Of a stretch of DNA of 64,000 nt, positions 52,094 through 64,000 are shown piece after piece. The stretch comes from Octopus vulgaris (taxonomy: Eukaryota). The position numbers were made by a program, and so were the translations under genes. How positions within the stretch are numbered: the first letter of the stretch is position 1; each line of letters begins with the position of its first letter. Location of the stretch: the NCBI GenBank assembly GCA_951406725.2, contig OX597814.1:119412001-119476000 (forward strand). Reading direction: 5' to 3'. The notes beneath the pieces are model-generated. The model made no database searches, was not told where the DNA came from, and saw only the letters and a program-made list of their open reading frames with translations.

Positions 52094-55000
52094 GTAGAAA
52101 GAGCGAGTGTGGGAGGAAAGATGCCAAAATAGACAAGTAAATAGATGTAGTGTCATTAATGCTGAATATATTTCTATTAATTCAGTGTCATGTTTGCAAA
52201 ATATTATCACCACAGGGTAATACAAGCGTAAATATAGGTCCCTATGTATGCGAGTGTTTGCACCTGTTAACAGAGGGAAAGTTAGAGCTGATAACTTCCC
52301 TCATCAATTAATATTTCCCACCTGGATATTTCCAGACGTGATCATTCGTCATTTCGTATATCAGGGGATGCATCTGCTAATGTAACTATCCGCATGACTA
52401 AATTCAACGCTCTATGCAGATACGTAAGCATGCCTATGTAAACCGGAAAAGATGTCACGAGAAATTTGCACAGCAAGCTGTAATACAGTTCGACATGTAC
52501 GTTTGTGCATGTATAATGTATTTATACGTGAAGATATGTGGGTATGTTTATATCTATATACATACATAAATGGATATACACATACATACATGCGCATATA
52601 TATATGCATATGTGTGTGTGTGTGTGCGTGCAAGGATGTGTATGCTATGTGTGTGTGTGCGCATGTGTGAAATTCGAATTAGCTAGTATTTCAATTATCA
52701 CATATCACCTTATTCAACGAGAGAGAGAGAGGGGGGGGAAGATAGAGAGAAATAGAGAGAAAGGAAGAGAAAGAGGGGTGAGAGAGAGAAAGAAAGAGAG
52801 AGAGAGAGAGAGAAAAATAAAGAGAGAGAGAGAGAGATGGAAGTAGATTGTGTATGTGTATACATTAACTAGCATTGTTTATATTACTCTGATTGAAGTC
52901 AGGCCTGTCAGTTCTATAGCAAATATTTATATGTGAAGCTAGTTGCGCCAGTCACTATTCCTGATTGTTGATAATGTTGCTTTTACCGTAGCGTGAAGTT
53001 AGAAATATTATGCAACTAAAGTGTCAGGTTAGATAAGCTCTAATTATTATGAAAAACAAGAACTAAATCACTTGTCGATGATGCTCTTGATACACGACTA
53101 TGTATATACGCTACATAGAAACAGGGAAGGTAAATAGAAATGGTTCAGCTAAGCCCATTTTAGTATTCTATGCACACAGAGGGAAAGGGAAACTGTGGTA
53201 GTCATTTACGAGTCCATCGCTTACGCCTGTCAAAACAAAGACAGGGAGCTTGACAGTGAAATACGTACTTATCAAAAATAGGGGAGTAGATTTAACGTGG
53301 GAAGTAATGCTGTGCGTACATTTATGCTTGTCTTTCTAGGATCACCGAATGACATCTTAAAAGGCATATGTATCAATCTTTATTGTGCAAAACAAAATGA
53401 CACACAGTATATAGTTTAGTCACTTGAAGTTTTGACTTGATGTCAAGTCACTTAATTCGTGGTGGGTCAGAACATGATTTAATCTCATGAAGTACCAATA
53501 TGAGTTTTTTGTAATATTTTCCACTCGTTTCAAATAAGAAACTACTATGTGTTAATATCTTGTGAATCGAATTACATCATTGCTTTTAGTTGTTCAAAAG
53601 GGCGACTAATGTGCACATCATTGTTCTGATTATTTGTTTTGGTATCATCTGATAATTGTGGACAGAATATTCATCTTTATAGCGCAAGCAAAAACATGAA
53701 ATGGGAAACATGCTTAGGAGATTTAGAAATACGTCATAAAATACACGTGGACTCTCTATCTCTCACTCGTGTTAATATATTCTGGAAAATAGCTATATGA
53801 AGTAATATTGATAACATTGCCTTACATCAGGTATCGACAATGCAAAATGAAATAAAATTAGGGATCTTTTAATGGTTTTAGACAGACGGCTATTTCCTTA
53901 TATACACCCCTGTTTTCTGCATAATAATATTGTTATGGCTACAGCTGTTGCGTGCCTTGTTCGACAAGTATGCATTTGAAATTAATTTTGATATTTCTTT
54001 GATGGGAAATGATAGCACAGTTCTTTCAACGATATTGCCATTATATTTAATAATATGTTATATCACTTCCTTCCTTTGCAAAAGAGAAACTTTTCTTTTA
54101 ATCGCAACGAGGTTCATAAAATATATATAATTTCTACATTTCGCTGATATACTGAAACACATATCTCTTCAGTATAGTTTTGGCATTGTATCAATATTGC
54201 AAATCTGTTTTATAATTCATTACATAAAAGCAATTACGCTGACAGCATGAATATAACTACTCTTTATTTCTTTAAACATATAAATTTCGAAATGTCTTAC
54301 AGGCTTTTTTTCTTTTTCGTTTTTTGCAATTTCTCATGAATAAAATTAAATCTAAACAACGATTCAGATATTCTACTTGATTCCTATAATAAGGAATACA
54401 CTTTCTCGAAATATTCTCACTCAGATTAAAATTTTATCGATTGATTTATACTATAATTATGAGCAATTTATTATTTTCTATTTTCATGTTCAATCTGAAA
54501 GTGTCTTAATTCTATTCTGAGAATCTTTAGCTTCGTTAGTTCATATGTCAATGAAAGAAAATTCAGTCAAAATTAAACATGTCTTTGTGAAAAGCATTTC
54601 ATCACTAATTAATCAATCAAATATTTCACAACTCATTTATACAATAGAGTGTAACAATCTCATTGATTAACGGCGCCGTTAATTAACAGTTTTAGTTTCA
54701 CTTTCAACGGTTCACCTTAACGCATTAGTAATTTCTATATTTTCTATTCATCATGACAGACAGCCTCTTGTTTAATTGAGTGCTTCCGGAAGAGAAATCA
54801 AAAGACTTTAAGAAGTTGTGAGGTTGGTGCCATTACAAACATATTAGCTCATATTAATCGTAATAAAATAAAATATATCCCTATTGTGATCGATGCGTTA
54901 CTTTAAATTTTCTCAAATATTGTTGATGTTTTCTTTCATTTTTTATCTCATTTACAGAAGCCTTTAATCTGTATTTTCATTAAAAAGAGATAATTTTCAT

Positions 55001-55474
55001 TATGAGTTTCTGGATCAACAGCTGGCAGTTGTCGGGGTCATACATAATTGAGACTAAAAATCACTGAAAAGTTTTGTCCAAGAAGAAGTAGTTCATATTA
55101 TGGTAACATTTTTATAGTACGTGGTCAACACACTTAGTACTAAACAAACCACTAACTTTTGTGTTCACAATAATTCATACAGATGTTGAACACTGTCTAT
55201 AAAAAAGGTTCTTCAGCTCGTGTTAATGAGTTTGAGCAAACTCGTTGACAATATCATACATGCTCGGACAATTACGATATATATATGGGCATAAAATGTA
55301 CCGCATACTTTTGTAGTGTTGATAATTGAAATTCACACGTTAATATATATATACAAAGAAAAAGTTGTGGCAAGATGTCCCTCTCACCAAAATGAAATAA
55401 AAGATATATTATTTATTAATATATGACATTTTATGTAATACATAAATGTGTTTGAGAAAAAATGTTGGACTTAC

Positions 55475-55642
55475 TTGTTGCAGCAAGCTCGTAATTATTC
55501 TTTCTGGAGATTTGGCTGATTGTGGCGTCCAGCTCTAGTTTGAAGCGGTCACGCTGTTTAGGATCCCGGTTGTGGTGCCCGATTGCATATCGAAAACCCG
55601 TGTGGTATGGCACCACATACTTTTCAACTTCAAAAATAGCAC
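55475..55642 (-). CDS. Internal coding exon of an ionotropic glutamate receptor (AMPA/kainate-like), start of the amino-terminal domain
   Basis: Minus strand reads cattgtag|GT GCT ATT TTT GAA ... GCT GCA ACA A|gtaagt, with canonical AG/GT, 168 nt, phase 1 to phase 1 and no stops. It translates to (G)AIFEVEKYVVPYHTGFRYAIGHHNRDPKQRDRFKLELDATISQISRKNNYELAAT. This resembles the AMPA-receptor segment GGLF...EHSAFRFAVQLYN...[21 protein letters not shown], with similar exon boundaries. Family assignment is by recognition, not by search. Confidence 0.8.
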
Positions 55643-55820
55643 CTACAATGATAGCAAAATATAGAACACAATTATTTATAATTGCCAACTGCAAGGTAGT
55701 ATGGTATTGCATGTATAGCGTATATTGTTTATGTTTAACATTGAATATAATGTTTCTGTCAAGGGATGTCAACTAGTGGAGAATGTATGGATGTTTAAGT
55801 TACCCATGGTTAGTGCTCAC

Positions 55821-55841
55821 CTATTTTAACATTCACAGGAA
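55821..55841 (-). CDS. Candidate 21-nt microexon (xPVNVKI-G) of the same receptor gene
   Basis: Minus strand reads acacag|TT CCT GTG AAT GTT AAA ATA G|gtgagc. It splices in frame over a 178-nt intron to the 168-nt exon, giving xPVNVKIGAIF, comparable to FPNNIQIGGLF/FPSSVQIGGLF at the mature N-terminus of AMPA receptors. The donor is strong, but the acceptor lacks a polypyrimidine tract. Confidence 0.55.
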
Positions 55842-55853
55842 CTGTGTTATAGA

Positions 55854-56278
55854 TTTCTTTATTAGTCGCGCAGGGCTGAACACAGAAGGTACAAAATACA
55901 AAGCAGAGCTTTCCTTTTTGCGAAAAAGAGAAGGAAAAAAACCCGATCAAAAGGGATCGTGAAAAAATTGGGGATGATCAATAGGGATTGTGTATCATAG
56001 AAATGACAATGTAAAAAGGGAAAACAGATTAGGTTTGTCCGTGGATTGAAAAAGCCTACCGAAAAGACCACGGGAACCTTGGGCAATAGTGTCATGCAAA
56101 AAGAAAACACATTACAGTAAATGGCTCTCTTTTTTTCCTTTTGTTTTCTTTTTTTTTTCATAGGACTATGCCCAAGTTGACTCCGTCATTCACAGGTGGC
56201 ATCCTTGCTATATTCACCCATCATTTTTCAAACATTCAGTAGACAAAACTTCCCCCTCTACTCTCACCTTCTGGTACT
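55854..56278 (-). mobile_element. Diverged older copy of the Tx1/L1-like LINE 3' end
   Basis: It shares blocks such as gatcaaaagggatcgt, gaaaagaccacgg and cataggactatgc with the other copies, with more substitutions and deletions. Confidence 0.75.
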
Positions 56279-57260
56279 AAGCACAAAATTTAAGCCAAAC
56301 ACCATTAACAGGACTTTCTATTGCTTCGAAAGGGCGATTTTTAATAGAATACTTTGTACTATAAAAAGACGTTTGGCAGGATTCACTTACACTGAGAATG
56401 CGCCACTCAAATGGGCATCGAATAAAGTCACAAACTGGAAAGGCAGCTAAATCTAAAATCACCTTAAATTTAATGTCAATAAAATTAGTTCAGGAATTTC
56501 CTAAAAACCACCGACATCGAAATACATCTCTGCAAACATAAAATTTTCTAATTGAGTGTGATATTATGTCATATAACATCAATTTCTAGAAATTCTCCAG
56601 GTGCTGCTATTAAGTTACAGATGTGCCAGTAATGGCCACAACGTACTTTTATCTTTCTCTTGTAAGACACAACTTATCTGTAAAACATTTTACAGCACAG
56701 TATACTAAGCTGAGATATCACTGTCTCTACAAGAAATATTTGTATCAAGCCATCTTCCGTCAGACATCACGACTGAAGACAGAATTTCATTCAATCGTCA
56801 CACCTCACACATGAAACTGCTAAAGTTTATCCACCGATCATCTAAGGGTATTTTTGGGATCTAAAGCCTTGGTATATAATGCACGATGCGTTCCTCCTGG
56901 TGCTCTTCCCTGCAATTGTATGCAGATTATAGGTAACACTGCCAAGAGATTGTATACACTCTTTTCAATCCAGGCCCTGGATAAACTCTAAATTCTTAGA
57001 TTTATTTCCCAAAGCTTAGCTACAACGCAACCGAATGCTTGAGTATATCTTCCAACAGCATAGAGAGTGATTACACATATGTCGATGGAGTTCATGACTG
57101 ACGAATCGGTCCATATTTTATTTTCCAATTGGACTGAATTATCTATCTATCTATCTGGCTGTCTTTATGTCTCTTATATATATACATACACATTCACACG
57201 CACTTTTTGCCATATATATGTAACGTATATTTGGAGGAATATAGGAATACATATTTCTGT

Positions 57261-57344
<84 letters not shown>

Positions 57345-57369
57345 GCATATTTACATCTATCTATCTCTC

Positions 57370-57412
<43 letters not shown>

Positions 57413-59581
57413 CTGTGTAGAGACAGAGACAGAAGGAGATAGATAGAGAGAGACAGAGTAGAAAGAACATGCATATATATTCACACTTGTACTCACACAT
57501 ATACACACATACAAACAAATACGCATGCATATACACATACATTCGCACATGTGTACATAACAATATATGCTATTCAAATTCTGCTCTTCCCAAGATTATA
57601 TATGAAAATGAAATCATTATCTCTAGCGAATTCATTATTTTATGGTGTTATCTAATTTTGCTATTCCTGATCATGATCGTTCGAGTTACAACTCTTATTG
57701 GGCCATTAATTTTTCTGTAAAATACTCTATCTAATTTTCGGTATTTGTAAATCATGTCATGCCTATTTGAACGTATTTTCAAGACGTTGAATTTCACAGT
57801 AAACTTACTATTGACTTCTATGACGGTGATAATAAACGAGCTAGAACATTAAAATAAAATTTCCATATTTATCCATCATAAAATAACACTGTGATAAATG
57901 GTGTTACGCATGAGAATGATTGCAATATTTGCTTTAACTGCAAAGTTAGCGAAATTTTAAAATGTTATTTTATGACTGTATCTCGTCTGTATTTTATGTG
58001 AATTCTGTTCACTGGTAAAATTTTTAGTGACTAATTTATCAACCGGCATGTGGTCGCTAAGATATTTCCTGTTATTGCTATGATTTATCGGGAAAACTGG
58101 CAGTTTCTTGAATAAAAACCAAAGAAACCTTCTCACTCAAATTGCGTAACTAGAATAACAGTTTTAGGAGCGACGAGTTTATTGATGCAAATGATCTGGT
58201 TATTTGCATTGCTGTCTTTAAGAAACCAATAAATCAATTAATATTTCACTTATTCAGGTGGAATAGGAAGTCAGATCAATAAACTAGTGACCGAGAAGCG
58301 TAACAAGAAGTTGGAAAAACAATCAAAATCGAAAAGTAAACTGAATAATGTGAACTAGTCAAATACGAAGGATGTGAAGGAACACTTCATATATTTGAGT
58401 AGGGAATAGTAGCAACGGAAGAAAAATATCAGATTCTTCAACTCTATTTAAAGAAACTGTTTTTACACTCTTGATCTAAAAAATAAATGTTCTCCCAAAT
58501 AGTTTGTTGTATTAAGAATCCAGTAAAGTTGTTTTATTACGGCGTCTAATAAAATTTTGATGTCTGGAGTGATATGAAAATGCAACAATGTTAAAATATA
58601 TTGATGCTCATTATTTATTGTTAAACCTAGATAATATCTGACACATGATTGCTCTCATATTTCTAATATCAACCTGTGCTTTTGATTACAAGATATTGAA
58701 GATTAACTCGAGAACTTTCTATACCTGCATAATAGTAAAAAAAAACCGAGAAATTAATTTGAAATTCATAAGCATAATCACGTTGAAGTTTTAGTCAATG
58801 CTTTGGTCTCTATACAACTTTATTACAATTGAAATGTGTTTGAATAATACACCACTGTCCTCTGACCAAGGGATCGAAACTTTAGAGTTTGTACATTATA
58901 TGATGTTATAGTATAGAAAGCATGTGATAGATTATCAGAGAAATGTTAGCCAAAGGGGATTTCTTTGAAGTAGGATTTTGATGCTACATTAGCCAACCTG
59001 ATACATGAAATAGCTGTATCATACCTTGTTCAAGGTTAGATATTGACGGCGTTTGTTATGTTCTGAGAGAAGAAGACAAGAAGAAGAAAGAAGCGATAGA
59101 GCTCTTGTAAAGACATCATAAGTAGCTTAAGAGATCAGATCAACAAATATTACATAGTTAATGGCACCCATGTTAAACATAAATGCTAAACACTTGCTAC
59201 ACAGTAGGCAGGAAACTCAGATTATATTGTCAATATATGTAACAAATAGCTATTTTAAAGAGGAATGAATAGGCAGCCTAACATATATAAGTATATATAC
59301 ACGTACAACATGAATTAACGCTCACATATACTGATGTATAATAACCATTATATATATATATATATATATATACACAAAAGAGGAAAGCAAGATTGAATTT
59401 TCAGTTTCTTGAGACATATTCTCCCATTACAATTTCACCTACGGCTTCTTGGTTGGCTGGAATAAATCACCCTCCTGGCTTCCTTCGCTTTTATTTATAA
59501 TTTTATTGATGAGAGAAATCGATTACTAGTAGCATACACCCATATATATATATAATCTGTGTGTGTTTGTGTAAGTATATA

Positions 59582-59636
<55 letters not shown>

Positions 59637-61399
59637 ACATATGTATGTGTATGTGCACATTTCACAAATCAGAACCAGCAGACAAGAGGCAGTTATTAAC
59701 ATACAACATATGGTATTGTCAGTGAAACCATACCATGAACTTTTCGCAGCAAATTTAATTAGACATCGTATGTATATATACATACATATATTATATACAT
59801 GTGAGTGTGTGTGTATGTGAATATATACATACAGACGCACCTATATATATATATATATGCGTGTGTGTGTGTGTGTGTGTGATCACGTATAATGTACGTG
59901 TGTATACAGACACACTTATAAGCAAATGATAATAGAGTGGGAGCTGGAGGAAAAAAGCTGTCGGTGATGGGGATAAACAACATGATGACCAAGATGAGGA
60001 ATTCGACTGCGATGACGATGGGGATGCTACTGATATTGATTTACAATTTCCAATACAAAAACTCGATTATTGAAACCATACACTCTTTGCTGAAGCTGCA
60101 AACCGCCGTTTACAAATCACCACAAGGGAGCCTCTAATGCCAAACTCGTTCGGCGTACAAGTAGCAGCACCCAAACCTCATTCAAAATAGAAGGTAAACA
60201 TTAGAAAATGTAGGGCAGATAACTTAGATGAATTCGTGCCGTTATAAATCATATACTTATATCGCCTCTTTAATAAACTAATAAACTCCGTTCTCCATCA
60301 CCCAAAGTTTACTTCATAAATTGTTCTATGAAATCATTGAAACAGATATGTATTCTCAAATATACATATTAAATTTGTAAATGACATAGTATTTATTATT
60401 ATATTGAGTATATATTTCAAGAGTTGTAAGAAGGTAATAAATGATTTAGAAGAACGTAGATTAGTTAAAGCGGTTTGAAACGTAATTTAGCGTTATCGAA
60501 GAAGTGTCATTATCTATGCTATATGTTGGTTTCTACCTAATGATTGAACAGCTTACACTCTTTGCAATGTATGGATACATGTTGATCAAATTCTACAAGA
60601 AAAATACTTTAGCGAGGACATTACCAATTCTGATTCAAGTTCTCTGTTAAATAGGCCCGCACCACATCTTCTTGGTCATACCTGGTACAGTTTTAGACAA
60701 CCACTCATGTACGGAGGAAGAATATATTAAGTTTGGTTAAAATTCTTTTAGAAATAATTGAATATGCATTTTAAACGGTACCTGCGTATGTAAGTATATT
60801 TATTATATAACGATTTTAAAACTAACCGTAGGCTGAATTTTTCGGGAAATTTTATCATCGATTCAGTTGTTTTTAGCAATATAAACTCGTATTTAATTTA
60901 GCAGCACTTAACTGATAAAAGTTTAAGAAGATAAACTTTGGATCTTGATCAAAGAATATACAAAGAGGAAATGAAGTGTTTCAAACTTTTAGTCTGGCTC
61001 TGTTTATACGGTGTACATCGGCTGGGAGTGAAACATAGATATCAAATTGTATTCAAGATATAAGCTTGCAGTAATACTTTTAATCTACAGTATAACTTTA
61101 TTACAGATACACTCCAAAATTAAATGATTTAGAACAAAATAGGTCTACTACACAGATATAATATTGGCTGTAATCTCAAGGAAAGATGTATCTCTATATA
61201 TCTAGTGAAGTTTTTATTTTTGTCGGAGGAGGCTGAAAACAAATTCTCTCTAAATACTCTGATTAAATTCAAGCAATGTAATACATTATCCAAGGAGTTC
61301 AGCAACATAGTCACATGCACATACACAGACACGCACGCACGCATGCATACACATCCATACGTATGTATGTATGTATGTATGTATAAACATACGTATATA

Positions 61400-61693
61400 T
61401 TATTTTACTTGTTTCAGTCATTTGACTGTGGTCATGAAGGAACACCACGTTTAGTCGAACAAATCGACTCCAGGACTTATTCTATCGGTCTATTGTGCCG
61501 AACCGCTAATTTACGGGGTCATAAACACACCAACATCGGTTGTTAGGTGGTGGTGGACACACACACACACATATATATGGCAGGCTTCTTTCAGTTTCCG
61601 TCTACCAAATCCACTCACGGTCGGCTCGAGGCTGTAGTAGAAAATACTTGCTAAAGGTGTCATGCAGTGGAACTGGACCCAGAACCATGTGGT
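61400..61693 (-). mobile_element. SINE family A copy
   Basis: ttttacttgtttcagtcatttgactgtgg...cttctttcagtttccgtctaccaaatccactcac...aaccatgtgg. Confidence 0.8.
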
Positions 61694-63722
61694 ATATATA
61701 TATATATATATATGTATACCCTTGTATATATATGTGTGTGTATGTTTGTGTGAGTGTGTGCATGTGTATTAAGTGTACCAGCAAGTTAATACGTATCTCG
61801 ACGCATATCTACAATCACGTATCTCTCTGTACATACAGTCTGATTCTTTTAAATCAATCTCAACTGAAATATTTGCCGACTAATTTCTCTAATACATTTG
61901 TCTTCGCAGCTTTGACCAAAGAAAATAGATAATGTCAATAGAGAGTGAGATTTACATTAGCTTTGTTTCTCTCCAATTTCTTTGCTTTCAGTCTTCTAGA
62001 TTAGCATCAGCCGTTAAGGAAGGCATCATTAGATGTCCCATTAAGAATAGAAAGAGATACACATTCAAGCGCATTAAGTAATAATAAATGGATCGTTTCG
62101 GTTGGAATCTAGACGTTTTCTAAAGTAATACAGACGCGCGTGATTCTTAATTTCAGTCCCACGTGGCTACAATTTACTTTACTAGGTTATTTCAGGGAAA
62201 TTCCAAGCGAGCTAATAACTATTTTCGCCAATATTAATATGTTCTAGATGACAGAGCATATATATGTATATTTATTAATTCCCTGAACAATGTATATCAA
62301 CAAAAGCAATATTTAAATATCTTCATCTCTCACTTTGGAGAAAATGATTCTGTCTTTCTCTGATATTATGAATGTTTTATCTATGGTAAATTAACTCCAT
62401 TCACATATATTTAACTGGAATGAGAAGAATGAATAAAATAATATATGCATGAGGTAGACAAACATACATAAAAACATAAATACACGTATACACACACGTG
62501 GCTTGTCAAAACTCGATTTCACTTATCACCGCAGCCATATCCTTATAATAGCTTTGTTAGTATTTCTACCATGGGTCCTAAGGTACCTACCATGTTATGA
62601 TTTCATTTTAAAATCACTTTCTGAGAAATGAAGCGTATGATTTTGTGAAGAATCAAACTGGTAGCTTCTCTACCTCGTGAATTCAGCAAAAATGGTAGTA
62701 ACTGAGCACAAATTTATACTTAAAGGTAGGGAGAAAGAACTGATTACTTGCTGACGTTGGAGCTCTACAGTTATGTGCATTCTATTTTTCTCTGCAGATA
62801 TACGGACTTTCATGGGTGACAGTCCTGTAATACTATTACTGAAAGTACAGGCAAAATTATCTCTGAGAAGTTCATCATACTGATCTATACATCTTGCAAG
62901 TTCGGTTTGTATGTTTCAACATTCGATGCTTAATAAGAAATTACTCGTACTGCAGGCTATTGTTTCTAGCCATGGCACACCATTCATTTCTGCTTAGTAT
63001 GAAATGTTTGCTGTAAATATTGATGATGTTCAAGAAATTAAAGATGTTTTGTGTGATGTAATGAAATGTTTAGTTTGATTTTTGTTGGGGACGCTTAACA
63101 AAAATTAATTCTACATAATTTGATCGCTCCGAAGCTTGAAATCATACAGACAAGTGACATCACCATACGTCACCTATTGCGTCCGATAAGATGAGCTTCT
63201 TTGGTGAGACACCCTGCATTCTCCAGGAGGTCTAAAATATTTCAAATTGTTAAAAAAAAATCAAAAAAAATCAGACTGAGTGCATTGCTGGTTTGCTGAT
63301 ACCAGATTCATATCTGTGATGAGTGTTGCATAGCGATGCGGTGATGCAAGCATCATAGATGTAAATCCTCGTGGCCAGTTTCTAGTCATTTCTATAGTAT
63401 CACAATCCTTCTGAAACTTCACGTATATTTGAGAGTCTGGGAAAACTACCCTGCAGGCAAAACAGTGATAATACACAAAAACATTTCTTACATAAAGATC
63501 CGGTCCCTTAAAAAGTTATATATAGTATTACATGTCTCATCCAGGGTACGAGTAAATATTATTCGAATCTTTACAAGCTTATTTTACGTTCAAATACAGT
63601 AGAAACAAAAGAGGAGCAGTATATCTAGTATAGAGATAATTATATATATTTTATATAATCTTCAGAAAATATTCGATTCTAGATAGTACTAATTATGAGA
63701 GGCTTAATTCAAGCAGTGATGA

Positions 63723-63788
<66 letters not shown>

Positions 63789-64000
63789 ATATATATATAT
63801 ATATATACACACATACACAGAAGCCATAGTTCTTCAGTGCAGCACTGATGATGTTGTTTGCTGGATCGCCGCTAGCATCGCCCAAGCTCGCACTTTGGTG
63901 CCATCTTCGTTTTTGTAAGCCCAGAAGGGGAGGAAATATATATATATGAATGATGTTTTTGTCACTTCCAGAGCATATTGAAATCCTTTTGTGTATGACA

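Noticed and set aside
56277-56462. Possible signal-peptide exon upstream of the LINE
   Set aside because: The hydrophobic frame (MVFGLNFVLSTRR*) is too short, and its candidate donor lies inside the LINE and in the wrong phase.
58856-58895. ctgaccaagggatcgaaac hammerhead-like string
   Set aside because: G8 is lost without compensation, and there is no stem I or stem II.
273-63918. Most six-frame ORFs ([16 protein letters not shown] and RERE rich)
   Set aside because: They are translations of (TA)n, (GT)n, (TCTA)n and (GA)n microsatellites or of SINEs, which simply lack stops.
1-64000. CRISPR arrays, operons, true tRNA or rRNA genes
   Set aside because: This is eukaryotic repeat-rich DNA with no regularly spaced repeat-spacer units. 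The tRNA-like segments are SINE heads.

Overview
This is an AT-rich, microsatellite-saturated animal genomic window. The tRNA-derived SINE families, abundant (TA)n/(GT)n/(GATA)n tracts and low gene density point to an octopus genome, which is an inference and not a database match. Nearly all listed ORFs are microsatellite artefacts. The only host coding sequence I can support is on the minus strand: a 168-nt phase-1/phase-1 exon (55475-55642) resembling the start of an AMPA/kainate-type ionotropic glutamate receptor N-terminal domain, preceded by a candidate 21-nt microexon (55821-55841). Most of the window is therefore probably one very large intron. It holds three SINE families, Tx1/L1-like LINE 3' ends in (GATA)n, DD37D (maT) transposase relics, a CR1/L2-like relic, a Helitron-like element and a Penelope-like GIY-YIG relic with an inverted terminal segment. 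The most interesting signal is about nine hammerhead-ribozyme-like motifs in small, apparently unrelated elements, several next to (TA)n tracts. One is an apparently intact type-I hammerhead in a 446-bp terminally redundant, retrozyme-like unit (47696-48200). Others sit in the loops of fold-back elements, and two show compensatory core variants (G3:C8 and U3:A8). All folds were derived by eye and none has been tested.
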